Part shown: positions 24,149 through 36,218 of the stretch, in pieces
Layout of the letters: every line of letters begins with the position of its first letter
Numbering within the stretch: the first letter of the stretch is position 1
NCBI RefSeq assembly: GCF_018350175.1
Contig: NC_058368.1
Span: 110,362,001 to 110,426,000, forward strand
Length of the DNA stretch: 64,000 nucleotides
Direction of reading: 5' to 3'
DNA from: Felis catus
Taxonomy: Eukaryota
Position numbers and translations under genes: made by a program
The notes under the pieces: model-generated
Told to the model about the DNA's origin: nothing
The model's database searches: none
The model's input: only the letters and a program-made list of their open reading frames with translations

Positions 24149-25234
24149 TCCTACCCTAACTACCATACTCTGCACAAAGAAGGCCCACCCATAGTTTTCT
24201 GTCTGGGAATGAAGGGATATGGCAATTCAGCCCTTATACCAACATGACAATCATCATAATGGCTCTAAGAAACTCTCAATGCAGTGAAAACCCTTCAGGG
24301 GAAGAAGTGTGAGTTCAGCTACCCAATCAGTGGTCAGCCTCCCAAGTACGAACAAGTGTGCCCCCCCTCTAGCTCCCAACTCCCCTAGTCTGGCCCTAAT
24401 CACAGCACCCGACACACTGCATTTGTCATGGACTATTTTGCTTTTTGGGGGCAGGGACTGCCTCAAATTAACGGCTAAATATAGCATAAGCCCACGAAGA
24501 ACCTAAGTCCTTACAGCCAGACACCAGTGCTGGCAACGTGTGCAACCGTCCACCTAAAGAAAGCCTTTCGAGTAACTACGCTGTCCCGTTCTACATGTCT
24601 GGGTGATGACAAACAGTGGCTGGCTGTCCCATGGACAGAACTTCTGAGAACAACACAACTGGAGCACCACTGGTCACTGCAGCCATGTGACTGGAGCCCT
24701 GAGTTTCATGTGCCTCAAGAAGCACCGCGTCCTGACTGCCCATGACTGCCCTATCGCCTGCAAAACCTGCGCCCAGCCCAGGAAAAGTAGGCTGGTGGGG
24801 TGGCCTCCTGCAGAAAGAATGGGGAAATGCAAAGTCTTAGGTTTAACCAGAAATGCTGGTGCCCTGGTAGAGAGGTCGGGAGACAGCCTCCCTTCCCTAC
24901 CATCCATGTACTGATGTTGAAGCCACCAACCCTTCCACCTGAGTAGCCAGTATCAAGATAACCTTTGACGAAAGGTTTATTTAGCCTTTGGAATCTGATT
25001 GAAGTCTTTGCACATCACAGAGAAGTAGAAAAACGAGATTTGACAGGGTCCATATTTCCCAAGTATTTTCTAGGCGTGTCTGCTGAGGTTGGTTAGAAGC
25101 ACCAGGTACAGAAACATGGCCAAGGTTTGCAGATCTTGGGACCAGGCACGGGAGGACCCTAATGAGAAAAGATGAATGTTATATTTGCTATGCAGGGAGG
25201 GCACCGGTGGACAGTTACATCTGCCATCCCCTAA

Positions 25235-25610
25235 ATTAGAGCTATTTGTTCTCATAGAATTAATTGCAGAGATAAATAAAATTTATCTTCAATATTTGGC
25301 ATGTGATCTCAAAAATTAGAATTCACGAGCTCACATTTTCGATAACTCACATATAAATATAGACAAACGGATGTTTTAATGCAAATTTAATATACAGTAG
25401 TTAAATTAATGATTTTTCTCGGTTCATTTTTAATTGGGAACAAAACCTCACAGCCACACCATATAAATCAAACTCGCCCAGCGCGTTTGCATGACAGAGA
25501 AGTCCGCACGTTCACGGGCCATGCATCAAGATCCGATCTGCTTAAAATAAATGGCTCCCGCCTCCAGCGCCAAATGCAGCATCATGTTAATGCATATTCA
25601 TAACTGGGCA
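25235..25610. promoter_or_regulatory. Candidate conserved developmental enhancer (POU/homeodomain motif-rich)
   Basis: Repeat-free, AT-rich yet CpG-retaining. Octamer ATGCAAAT at 25379-25386, MORE-type ATGCATATTCAT at 25590-25601, several TAAT/ATTA cores. Function is inferred only. Confidence 0.45.
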
Positions 25611-28129
25611 TTTCTCTCCTTTTTTTTTTTCTCGATTGTGTTTTACATTTTCTGGAGTGAAAACATAACCGAGGATGTGCGTTCCCAGGGCCCCCCACCC
25701 CCCCCCCCACCCCGGGTCAGGAATGCTGTGTTTGATCGGATTAAAGACGTGAGGAAGCATCTTCCACTGCCCCAAACGCAGACAGGAACGGAGAAGTGCT
25801 CACCTGAGGACCTAACTCGGGCTGCCGGATTCCAGGGTGGGAGTCCTCCCCGTCGGGCAGGGCAGTGGGTACATGCAAGGAGACCTTGAAGGACAGCACC
25901 CAGGACGTGGGCTCCCCTAATTGCTCCTGCGCATAGCTCATCTCGCATCGTCTGCGGTGATTGCCTCTTGATTTCATGCTAGATGGCTATACTGCTACCA
26001 GGAGCCTCTTGGTGAGTTTGTGGACCATGCCAAAAAGGCATTTTTATCACCGGTTTAATGCCCCATGGCTGACAGGGAACAGGCGCGAGTGAGAAGTGAT
26101 GCTACAGCTCCGGCATTAAAGGGATCATTAAGCTGCGCATTAGGGAAAGGTCTTGTTTTCAGTTACATGCCAAACGTGGGGCTGAAAGTGACGGGTAAGC
26201 AAAAGACAGCGGGGTGGGGGGGTGCTCACCTTGCCTGGCTAGCTGCTGCCCGGCACCCCTACCTCCAGTCCTCCCCGACACTCCCCATCCACCCAGAGTG
26301 TTGCAGAGAGGGGAGCATCAGCGGGGAGCCAGGGCTTGCACCCCAATGCCACTTACTGGTGGCATGCCTCTGGGAAGTGATTCAACCCCACACCCTTTCC
26401 TGGCTTGTTGCTTCTCAGCCACCCTGAGCTCCCCAAGCTCAGAGAGACAACTGGCACTGACCTTCTCCTTCACCCAGGTGGCTGCTCCAACAGAGCCTTT
26501 AAAATTCTCTCCCCCATGTACCCAGTGAAGACTTTCATCGATGCCTGGCAGAGAGAGGCATGTACTCTCTCTGTCAAGACTAATCTCTGGTCTTTCTTTC
26601 TGCCTCTCAGCATCCAGGGACTCATCATTGAGATGTAGAGTTTGTGGAACATAAGCATTCAGCCAAGGGACTTGAAGCATTTAAGAAATGGGAAACTGCC
26701 CTCATGGAACAATTAGCTGGTGTGTGGATGTCACCCACAGTGATGGCAGTCTGGAGAGATGACTCCATGGAAGGAAGAAATCAAGCCTAATTGAGGGCTG
26801 CATAATTCACGAATGACCTGGGGCAGCTGTAAATAATGAACATCCCCGAATTATTATTCATTGTTTTATTAGGCATCCTGTTTCTTCCCAAAGAGAAGCT
26901 CCAGGGACTGAGATGTATTTGTGACAAGATTTAAATGGCAGCCACGTCACGTTACTCTACACCCGGAGGACTTGTTTGAAGAGCCTATAAATTGTTCTCT
27001 AACAGACAGTGGGCAGCAGTGAACCCCTGACCAAGCGTGCAGTGCCAGTCCAGCCCTGGGAAGGTCAGTCAACCAGCGCCCACAGAAAAACACGGGTCTG
27101 ATTGCCAAAGGACAACAACCTGCCCCAGGGACTCGGCACCTCGCCACCAGGCTTCTGGATGGCAGTACGGTTTCTTCTGCTAGAAAAATGGGATGGTGAT
27201 GATAAACCCTAACCCTTCCCCACTCAGTTAGAAGTTCATGGGCTTTCAATATGGTACCTCAAAAGGAACACGGCACCTTACCCTGGGGCAAAGTACTTGG
27301 CTGGCTGAGTTTGGAAGCCAACTTTTAGCGGAAGCTAAAATGGCCCAAAGAATAAAACTTCTGACCAACAGCATTGGCCATCAAGGGCCCAGCACAGGCT
27401 GTGTCCACACAAAGCAAACAAATCCAAGGTGTTCAGTGTGGGAGAGGACACCAGGGACGTGCGCGTACTTGGAAACCATGAAACGCTGTGCACTCGGAAG
27501 AGGCACCAGTACGCTTTGCTGTTGCCACGACATGGCAAAGCCAGGACATTCGTGCTGTTTGCTGGTGCTTTCTCTCATGCACAGACCACTCAGTGGGATC
27601 ACCCAAGCCCTATGGGGCATTCAAGGCACTCATAACAGTAATGGAAGTTTGGACCAACCAGCCAGGTATGAGACAGAGGAGGTAGGCTCACGACCAGTGC
27701 TGCAAGAGGCAGCCGGCTGCAATTCCCTGGTGATGGATGCGTGTGAAACCAGTTCCCATGGCTGTGCCAAGCAACTGCTTTTAAAAAGCCCGTCCTCACT
27801 GTGTTCCAGCCAGGCCCCTGAGGCTTATCAGCTCTGACATACTCCCAACTCATTTATTTTTCTTATTCTCCCCGCAACCACTTCTAGAGGGGCATAATTT
27901 CCCTGGCAAATGGCATAGTTGTCAGACCACCTGATTAAGAGGTCTGCATTTATTACCGTGAAATCACCCGGAGCCACATCTGTAGGGAGCCCCCTGGACA
28001 GCATGTGGGACTCGGTCTAGGAGTTTCCGTTCTCTCCTGTGATGTCACAATTGTGACCATCCTTCACATGTGCCATGACACCGCTGCCAGCCCCGTGGCC
28101 CTTGCGAGCTGTGGAAAGGTAGTTGGTAA

Positions 28130-28370
28130 AACGGTTAACAGCCTGGACTGCACAGCATGACTGACTGCCTGTATTTAGACTCAGTTCCTTTCCTCACTAC
28201 CTCTGCCCCAAGCAATGGGTGCAACCTGCCCTCAGTTTCCCCCATCTGTAAAATGGGGATAAGAGAAGATCCCACCTCAGAGAGTGGCAGATAGGATCAC
28301 ATGAGATAATAGTGTAAAATGTTTCAGCTGTGTGTGACACACAGTAAGTGCTTCTAAGTGTTTCTACAAA
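28130..28370 (+). mobile_element. MIR
   Basis: ctcagtttcccccatctgtaaaatggggataa..cccacctcagagagtgg..atgagataat..acacagtaagtgct. Confidence 0.85.
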
Positions 28371-28489
28371 TAAATGCAGCCCACCCTCTGGGTGATTCAG
28401 TGTCAGAGCTGATGTTGGATGTGGCTCAGAAGCCATCACAGCTTGGAGAACTGTGTATGTCCACACAGAAGAGGACACTTAGCCACGCA

Positions 28490-28635
28490 TGTTCCTCACT
28501 ACTTACACAGGCCACATGAGATGGTCAAAAGGACTATTAGTAACCCCATTTCACACACAAAGAAACTGAAGCCAGGAGGATAAGGGAGGTGATTTAGTCG
28601 AGATTACAAGAAGAGAATAAAACCAGAGTCCCTTT
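28490..28635 (-). mobile_element. MIR
   Basis: tattagtaaccccatttcacacacaaagaaactgaagcc..gtgatttagtcgagattaca. Confidence 0.65.
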
Positions 28636-29070
28636 ACTCATCGATTATGTTCACTGATGTTTACTGTGATTCAGGGGCCAGGAACTGAGGATAAGGTAAC
28701 CTGGGTCTGGCTCTCAGGCAGCCATGGTGACAGATGGGCAGAGTCCAGAGAAATGACTTCAAAGGAAGACAGTTTTCTGATGGAAATACACCTGTGTTAT
28801 GGGCAGCAAGGGAGAGGGAAGGCCAGCTCTCAGGATAGTGGTGGGTGATGAAAAGCCACCAAGGGCCCAGCAGTGGAGGATGAGAAGTTGCCTGGAGGAA
28901 AAGAGCTGGCACTGCAAGAACAGGGGGCACCCACACAGGTAGGGGTGCAAGAAAGGGCACCCCACCCTGTGAGCTGCAATTCTTACCAGCGACCAAGCCA
29001 GTAGCCCCAGGGCACACACAGCAGGAACTGGGATCCATGAGTCAAAACTCAAGGAGTGTAGAATCTACCA

Positions 29071-30193
29071 GAGAAACCAGGCAAAAACGTCTTTGACATC
29101 GGCTACAACTTCTTACTCAACACGTCTCCAGAGGCAAGGGAAACCAAAGCAAAAATGAACTATTGGGACCTCATCAAGATAAAAAGCTTCTGCACAGCAA
29201 AGGAAACAATCAGCAAAACTAGAAGGCAACAGACAGAATGGGAGAAGATATTTGCAAACGACATATCAGACAAAGGGTTAGTATCCAAAATCTATAAAGA
29301 ACTTATCAAACTCAACACCCCAAAAAAACAAATAATCCAGTGAAGAAATGTGCAAAAGACATGAATAGACACTTCTCCAAAGACATCCAGAAGGCCTACC
29401 GACACATGAAAAAATGCTCTACATCACGCATCATCAGGGAAATAACAAGTCAAAACCACAATGAGATACCACCTCACACCTGTCAGAATGGCTAACATTA
29501 ACAACTCAGGCAACAACAGATGTTGGCAAGGATGCAGACAAAGATCTCTTTTGCATTGTTGGTGGGAATGCAAGCTGGTGCAGCCACTCTGGAAAACAGT
29601 ATGGATGTTCCTCAAAAAACTAAAAATAGAACCACCCTATGACCCAGACATTGCACTACTAGGTATTTATCCAAGGGATACAGGTGTGCTGTTTTGAAGG
29701 GACACAGGCACCCCCATGTTTATAGCAGCACTATCAAGAAGAGCCAAAGTATGGAAAGAGCCCAAATGTCCATCGATGGGTGAATGGAAAAAGAAGATGT
29801 GGTATATCTATACAATGGAGTATTACTCAGTGATCAAAAAGAATAACATCTTGCCATTTCCAACTACATGGATGAAACTAGAGGGTATTATGCTAAGCGA
29901 AATTACTCAGAGAAAGACAAAAATCGTATGACTTCACTCATATGAAGAATTTAAGATACCAAACAGATGAACATAAGGGAAGGGAAGCAGAAATAATATA
30001 AAAACAGGGAGGGGGACAAAACATAAGAGACTCTTAAATATAGAAAACAAACAGAGGGTTCCTGGAGGGGTTGTGGGAGGGGGGGATGGTCTAAATGGGT
30101 AAGGGGCATTAAGGAATTTACTCTTGAAATCATTGTTGCACTATATGCTAACTTGGATGTAAATGAAACAATATATATTAAAAAAAAAAAAAA
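29071..30193 (+). mobile_element. 5'-truncated carnivore/felid L1 (ORF2 C-terminus, 3' UTR, poly-A)
   Basis: ORF2 peptides [39 protein letters not shown] and KMWYIYTMEYYS in broken frames. G-rich 3' UTR and A tail. 20-bp TSD aaggagtgtaga[a/c]tctacca at 29051-29070 and 30194-30213. Confidence 0.97.
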
Positions 30194-30374
30194 AAGGAGT
30201 GTAGACTCTACCATGCAGGGAGCCAATGACAGATTAGGGCAAGAACAGCAGTGGGTGGTAAGATCTGCAGGATAGTAAGATTAAGGAAAATGGCTCTGGG
30301 TAGAGCAGACAGAGGGGAAGAGAGCCATTTTAGCCCAGAGGCTGGGAGACAAAATTTGAGCTCTGTGTATACTA

Positions 30375-30495
30375 ATTCAGTCAGCATTTCTTGAGCATCT
30401 ATTATCTGCAAGGTGCTCTCTGTGGGGTGGAGATAAGCCATGAACAAAGGGCCCTGTCCTCCTGGAGTTTACATTTCAATCCAGCAAGAGATGAC
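30375..30495 (-). mobile_element. L2 3' fragment
   Basis: attcagtcagcatttcttgagcatctattatctgcaagg..ccctgtcctcctggagtttacattt. Confidence 0.7.
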
Positions 30496-30620
30496 AGGCC
30501 AGGGCAGTGATAGCCAGAGGTAGACAGTGGACTAAGATCAGCCCATAATCAAGGTGCTTCCCGGGATGTTGAGCTTCCAAAACTCACCGCAAACCAGGGC
30601 TTTAGAAAACCTTTCACCTT

Positions 30621-30849
30621 GGGGCGCCTGGGTGGCGCAGTCGGTTAAGCGTCCGACTTCAGCCAGGTCACGATCTCGCGGTCCGTGAGTTCGTGCCCTG
30701 CGTCGGGCTCTGGGCTGATGGCTCGGAGCCTGGAGCCTGTTTCCGATTCTGTGTCTCCCTCTCTCTCTGCCCCTCCCCCGTTCATGCTCTGTCTCTCTCT
30801 GTCCCAAAAATAAATAAACGTTGAAAAAAAAAATTAAAAAAAAAAAAAA
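30621..30849 (+). mobile_element. Young cat-type Can-SINE (SINEC_Fc)
   Basis: Nearly all CpGs intact (ggggcgcctgggtggcgcagtcggttaagcgtccgact..cgatctcgcggtccgtgagttcg), long A tail, perfect 17-bp TSD agaaaacctttcacctt at 30604-30620 and 30850-30866. Confidence 0.98.
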
Positions 30850-30866
30850 AGAAAACCTTTCACCTT

Positions 30867-31145
30867 AGGGCACCTGGGTGGCTCAGTCAGTTAAGCGGCT
30901 GACTTTGGCTCAGGTTGTGATCTCATGGTTTGTGAGCTTGAGCCCTGTGTTGAGCCCTGTGCTGACGGTGCAGAGCCTGCTTGGGATCCTCTCCCTCTCT
31001 CTGCCTCTCCCCTACTCTCTTTCTCTCTCTCTCTCTCAAAAATAAATGAACAAGTTGTAAAAACAAAAAGAAAAGAAAAGAAAAGGAAAGAAAAGAAAAG
31101 AAAAGAAAAGAAAAGAAAAGAAAAGAAAAGAAAAGAAAAGAAGAA
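30867..31145 (+). mobile_element. Older Can-SINE with (GAAAA)n expanded tail
   Basis: agggcacctgggtggctcagtcagttaagcgg.., CpG-decayed. Pentanucleotide tail at about 31066-31140. Confidence 0.95.
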
Positions 31146-31389
31146 GCAAATCCAAACAGTTTTGAGTTGCCAAAACCTTGAGGTGGTTTGTTTATATACC
31201 GTTATTATTGTCCAGCTGTATACATTCAATTTTCAAATAAAAGAATTATAAAGGAGAATCTAGGCTAATGGTGCCAGGCTCTTACATGCTCACTCACAAA
31301 GGGATCTTGCTGTGAATAGAGATCCAAACGTCACAGGAGCATCAATAGGGAGACATCTGTTTTCCTTTGAACCACTATTTGGTCCTTAT

Positions 31390-31730
31390 CAGCCCAGGAT
31401 GGCACAGTGGCTTCACAGTGTTGGGGACCCACACTCCCTCTATGTGACTGCCCCCTCACCCCCACTGCTCAGGTCTTGGACAGCTCACCCCACCATGCCT
31501 GCACTCCAGACAAAAAGGGAAGGAGAAAAGGAGGAAATAGAAGGCACCTGCTTTAAGGCCACATCCAGGGAGACACTCACATCAACTGGGCTCACATCCC
31601 ACAGGCCAGCACTTAGTAAATGGCCAGGGGTAGCTGGCACGAAAGCTGGGAAAAGGGGCTGTGGGCCCAAGCTGAAAACTGATGGTTCCAGAAAGGAGGA
31701 GAATGTATGTTGGGAGACAACTTGTTCTCT
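31390..31730. mobile_element. MLT1 (J-like) LTR
   Basis: gctcacatcccacaggccagcacttagt..tagctggcacgaaagctgggaaa..ccaagctgaaaact..ggagaatgtatgttgggagacaact. Confidence 0.55.
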
Positions 31731-34639
31731 CTGGGAAAAAATAAAAAATAAAAAAGATTCCTGGGCTTTGTCATTGACTTGAAAATGCTTTATGACTTCA
31801 CCTGAAAACAGTGGTTGTTCATTTTTCTCATCCCTGCCATTCTGAGGACAGAACAAAGATTCTGTCGACAGAGCTCACACAAAAGCCAGACAACTGGATT
31901 TAACCTTCAAGGGGAATAAATAGGTCTGACTTGAGACTCGTTTTTACAAAATTAAATTACTCTGACTTTCTCAGTAAACATGTGACTTTGATGGGAAATA
32001 TTATAGGGTCACAGTTGTGATGGTCCTCAGGGTGGAAACCTGTACTTGGCCGCTCATTTCCCTTGACTTTCCGTGCTGTCCCCCGAGGGGCCTCAGTAGC
32101 CCCAAGCCAGGTCCACAACATGGCGCTGAGATGCGTGGGGTGGGTGAAGGGCAACCAAAGTACACAAAGCCTGGAAAACAAAATCCTGCGGGTCTATCAC
32201 ACTGCTCGGTCCTTTAGCTCCTGGTGTGGATGGCAGGAGCCCCAGCTGGAGGAAGATGCCACCCAGAAATAGAAGGGGTGCTGATATGCTGGTCCCCCTG
32301 AGCAGAGCACTACAGCCAATGCCCCTGCCATCTGCCCCTCCCCCTGGTCCTTGACATCTTCCCTGCTCTCTGCCCCACCCCTCCAGCCCCTTACACCCCA
32401 CTCTCTCGCAAGTGGCCCTCTTGGCCAGTCTCCTCTCTCCCACTCCTCCAACCTGCCCTGGACCTGGCTGTAGAACCCCGACACCCCGACAGCCCACCTT
32501 GTCCAAACACCTGAGGCAGCGCTGCCCCATGTTGAGGCCAGACAAACTCCTCCACTGAGAGTAATTACATAGGTTTGGAAAACCGTGCTGAAGACAATTC
32601 ATAGTAGCAAACAGCTAGTCCAAACCTAGTGAATCTTTTCAGTAAAATTCCATTCTTTTCACAACAGCCTCCGTGGACTCAAGTACATGTGTGGGAACAT
32701 GTGTAAACACTATTATTTATTCCATCTGCAGACAGTCCTATGATTATGGTGGGGAGGGATCCCCCGCACAAACTGAGCCAGCTCTAGGGCCACAGCCCCC
32801 TGAATATAGGGGAAGCTTTTTTGAGGGGTTTGAGTCCCTGTCCATCTGGCCCCACCCCATATAGTCCAGCTTACCATTCCTTATTCCCCCAAGTTCAACC
32901 ACAGCCACCGTGAGGCTAGTGGGGTTAGCGCTCTTACCTCCCCCTGGACATTTCACTTCCTATCTGTGCCCTGCTGTGAATGTGCCCATCTTCTTCCCTA
33001 ACATAAAGGGTCCCCTCCTCCCATTCATTATCTTATATTCCATTCATAAGATCAGGTATGGATCCAGTTCTCCAAGTCCAAAAGACCAGCCTCCCCTGGT
33101 TTTCTCATACAACCAAAAAGGACCTCCATGGTTAGGACCACAGAGAGAACCAAATGTGAATTATGCCATGCTTACTGATTCTGTCTTTCCAAAAAGATGA
33201 CACTTAAGAAAGGGATCATGACATATGTCTCTCTTACCGTGCATACGCCAAGCATAAGAGATCAATAACTACCTGATGGGTGATGACAGCTCCTGAAAAC
33301 CTGGCAGGTTATTAGAGTTATTAGAAAAAGAATAAATCATTTTCAATTCCTGCTTGTGTGCCTACAGCTGGCCCCATGTAGTGAATATGAAGCATCTGGG
33401 GGAATGATAAATTCTAATGACGATCCAGATGTTTCCAAACATAAAGATGCAGGGCAAACCATGGCGGGACAAACTGAATTTTCGACTTTCCATATTCATG
33501 TTTTGGGGCTACGCATGGACAACTGACAATCCTTTTTGCAAACCTTTGCCCAAAGGGATGGCCATTTGCACATCAACCTCTCCAGCAATTTCTAGCTCTA
33601 ACCCTCCTATCTGCTTCTTCTAATAATCCTCCTCTTAACACCTGTGTGCTATTCCAGTACAGTGGGATGACTCAGAAAGAACAAGCCATTCTTTGCTGTC
33701 ACGTTTCCTCCACCCCAACAGGGCCACTCAGAATGTATGCCTGTGAAAGAGAGCTCTGTGAAAGATAAGCTAACTAGCCAGAAGTGTTGTGGGAATCAGG
33801 GAAGCAATGAGCCCCCAGGTCTCTTGAGCTTGCCAGTCCTAACCATGCCATGCTTGGATCGGATACCTCCGGTCTAGATCATCCTTACCCTTAACCACAT
33901 TGCTTTTCCACAGTTTTTGTGGAAAATCAATTTGGAAAGGCATTTCTGGGGAAAAGCAAATAAAATTTTGTTACTGAATTTTATTTAGAGAAAAATGTAG
34001 TCCTTTCCATAAAAATGCAATTTGATTATATTACTATTTCTTTCCTAATCTGTATTTCCTATGCCAAAGCATTCTTTAATGGATCAGAAATACATAATTG
34101 CCAGCCATACACTCTGTTGCAGCCTCCAGAAACAATGTGTCTCTAATGTCTCTCCCAGGGGGCTGCATTGCTGGCAACACTCGGGCCAGACTCTGCCAGA
34201 TGGATGGCCCGTCCAGCTGGCCTTGTCCCGCCAGCAAGTCAGCGGTGACCATGCAGGTGGCTCTGCCTCACATCTAAGTTCTGAGATGGCCAGAGCAGAC
34301 AGCCTGGGGGCATGGACCTCTCATGTCATTTTCCTACTTATTTTTGAATTCCTCACTTCTGTCCCAGAGAGGATTCAAGGCTGAGCCACCAATGACCTCC
34401 CTGCAGGTTCAAGTCTCCCACCGAAACTTGCTCATATCCATCCATCCCTGCGTGGATGAACTCTTGGGGCCACGGTCATTGCAGGGAGAGCTGTCTGTGC
34501 CCCAGACTGACTCACCCCTCAAGCAAAGAAATGCTCCACAGATGATGTCAACAGAAAGAATCTGTGGAGGGATGAGGGGCTCTGCTAAACTTCCCAGGGA
34601 GGGGTAGGAGGCAGGACACAACCACCCTGAGCTGTAACT

Positions 34640-35230
34640 TCATCACTCACTCATTTGCCAAGCACGTACCATGTGACAGGTATTGTGTGGACATTGAAGA
34701 CATTCTATGTTGCGAATCAGACAGACATGTGCTTGATCTCACAGAAATGAGAGGCCAGAATGGGAAAACCAATACTACACAACCATCTATGGCAAAGGGC
34801 AGCGGAGACCTAGATCAAGGAGCTGGAAAGGAGCTATGGCAGTTGTCATGGGAGGTCTCCCGGAGGAGGTGACTTTAAGCTAGGAAGTGGAGGATGGGAA
34901 GGAATTTGCCATGAATGGGGGGTACCAGGGAGACACTGTTCCAGGGAGAGTAAATGTCATGTGCAAAGGCCCTGAGGACGGGAGAGCTGACACATCTGCC
35001 AGTCTGAGACAAGTTGGGTGTGTGGAGTGGGCAGAACAAAGGCCCTGAGACTGAGGAGCTCTAAGGCTAGCAGGACTGCATCTGGTGGTGGTGGGAGGCT
35101 ATTGTGCAGTTTGAGCAGGGCCATGATATGATCACGTTTGTCCTACAAGAACATCTCTTTGGCTGTGCAACGTAGTGAAGAGGCAGTTGTCAAATCCAAG
35201 TTGGCTCTGATAAGAGATGGTGGCCCAGAC
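34640..35230 (-). mobile_element. L2 LINE
   Basis: catttgccaagcacgtaccatgtgacagg..ggaggaggtgactttaagct..atgtgcaaaggccctgagg..ttgagcagggccatgatatgatc. Confidence 0.8.
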
Positions 35231-35469
35231 TGATACAGCAAGAGCTTGATTTGGCCCCCAGAGCCATGGCTCCATGCAAAGCAGAAAAACTGAACAAACT
35301 CAGAAATTTCCTTTTGGAAGACACTGATGGAAGAGGAGATCTTTGCTGCTCTGGCCACAGCTTGGGAGAGGAGTAAAAACTGGTGTCTTCCACAAGTCTC
35401 AGAAGAGAAGAGGTCAAGCTCCCTCCCACCTCATGCTGCTCCCTGAGCTTAGAGGGCTTCCATGATCCT

Positions 35470-35740
35470 TTTTTCAGTTAACTCCTACTCATTCTTCACA
35501 GCTCAACTCAAGTATCACTTCCTCAGGGGGCCCCCTCTGAGCTTCCTGAACAGATCGTGTCCACCATCACCTGCTTTTGTTTCACTGTGTGCCTCATATC
35601 ACAGCTACAAGGTCACGTTCCTTAGCATGGTTATATTGATTCACGTCTTGTCCACGCTCACATGGGGAATGCCACGTTGGGACACCTACAACCGTGCCTG
35701 GCACACAGCAAGGGCTCAGTCAATGTTTGCTTCATGCATA
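35470..35740 (+). mobile_element. L2 3' fragment
   Basis: aactcctactcattcttcacagctcaactcaagtatcacttcctcagg..gtgcctggcacacagcaagggctcagtcaatgtttg. Confidence 0.75.
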
Positions 35741-35984
35741 CGGAACCAAGTCAGCCACTTTGGACTCTGTTTCAGGCGATAACATTTCTGGCAGATATGG
35801 AAACATTTCCAATTATGAGAACGTTCTCTCGTTCTTGGCCCATCCTCCCGGGTGATGGGGCTGGAGGCTAGACAGGGCCATTTCCTCTTTGTCAGGAAGA
35901 TGTGGACCCACTGAAAAGCATATGCCAGCTAGCAGAATCCAAACTTGACACGGACTCTCATAAAAAAAATTTTTTTAAAATATA

Positions 35985-36218
35985 AGGACGCCTGAGTGGC
36001 TCAGTCATTTAAGCGTCCGACTTCGGCTCAGGTCATGATCTCACTGTTCGTGGATTCAAGCCCCACGTCAGGCTCTGTGCTGAGAGCTCAGAGCCCGGAG
36101 CCTGCTTCAGATTCTGTGTCTCCCTCTCTCTCTGCCCCTGCCCCACTCATGCTCTGTCTCTGTCTCTCCAAAATGAAGTTAAAAAATTTTTTCTTAATGT
36201 AAAAATAAAAAAAAAAAA
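35985..36218 (+). mobile_element. Can-SINE (SINEC_Fc-like)
   Basis: ggacgcctgagtggctcagtcatttaagcgtccgacttcggctcaggtcatgatctc..ttcagattctgtgtctccc, A-rich tail. Confidence 0.95.

Noticed and set aside
25400..26200. CpG island / promoter
   Set aside because: CpGs are enriched relative to the window but appear too sparse for a classical island, and no first-exon evidence is visible.
26348..26362. CTCF-like motif (reverse complement CCAGTAAGTGGC); similar partial matches at ~20542 and ~37637
   Set aside because: Each misses one or more of the most invariant core positions.
27238..27837. 199-aa plus-strand ORF
   Set aside because: Starts at a non-ATG codon, has no recognisable family and overlaps several equally unconvincing ORFs.
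29155..29931. ORFs with clear protein motifs
   Set aside because: They are broken L1 ORF2 fragments, not a host gene.
30621..30700. tRNA-like A/B boxes
   Set aside because: This is the head of a tRNA-derived Can-SINE, not a tRNA gene.
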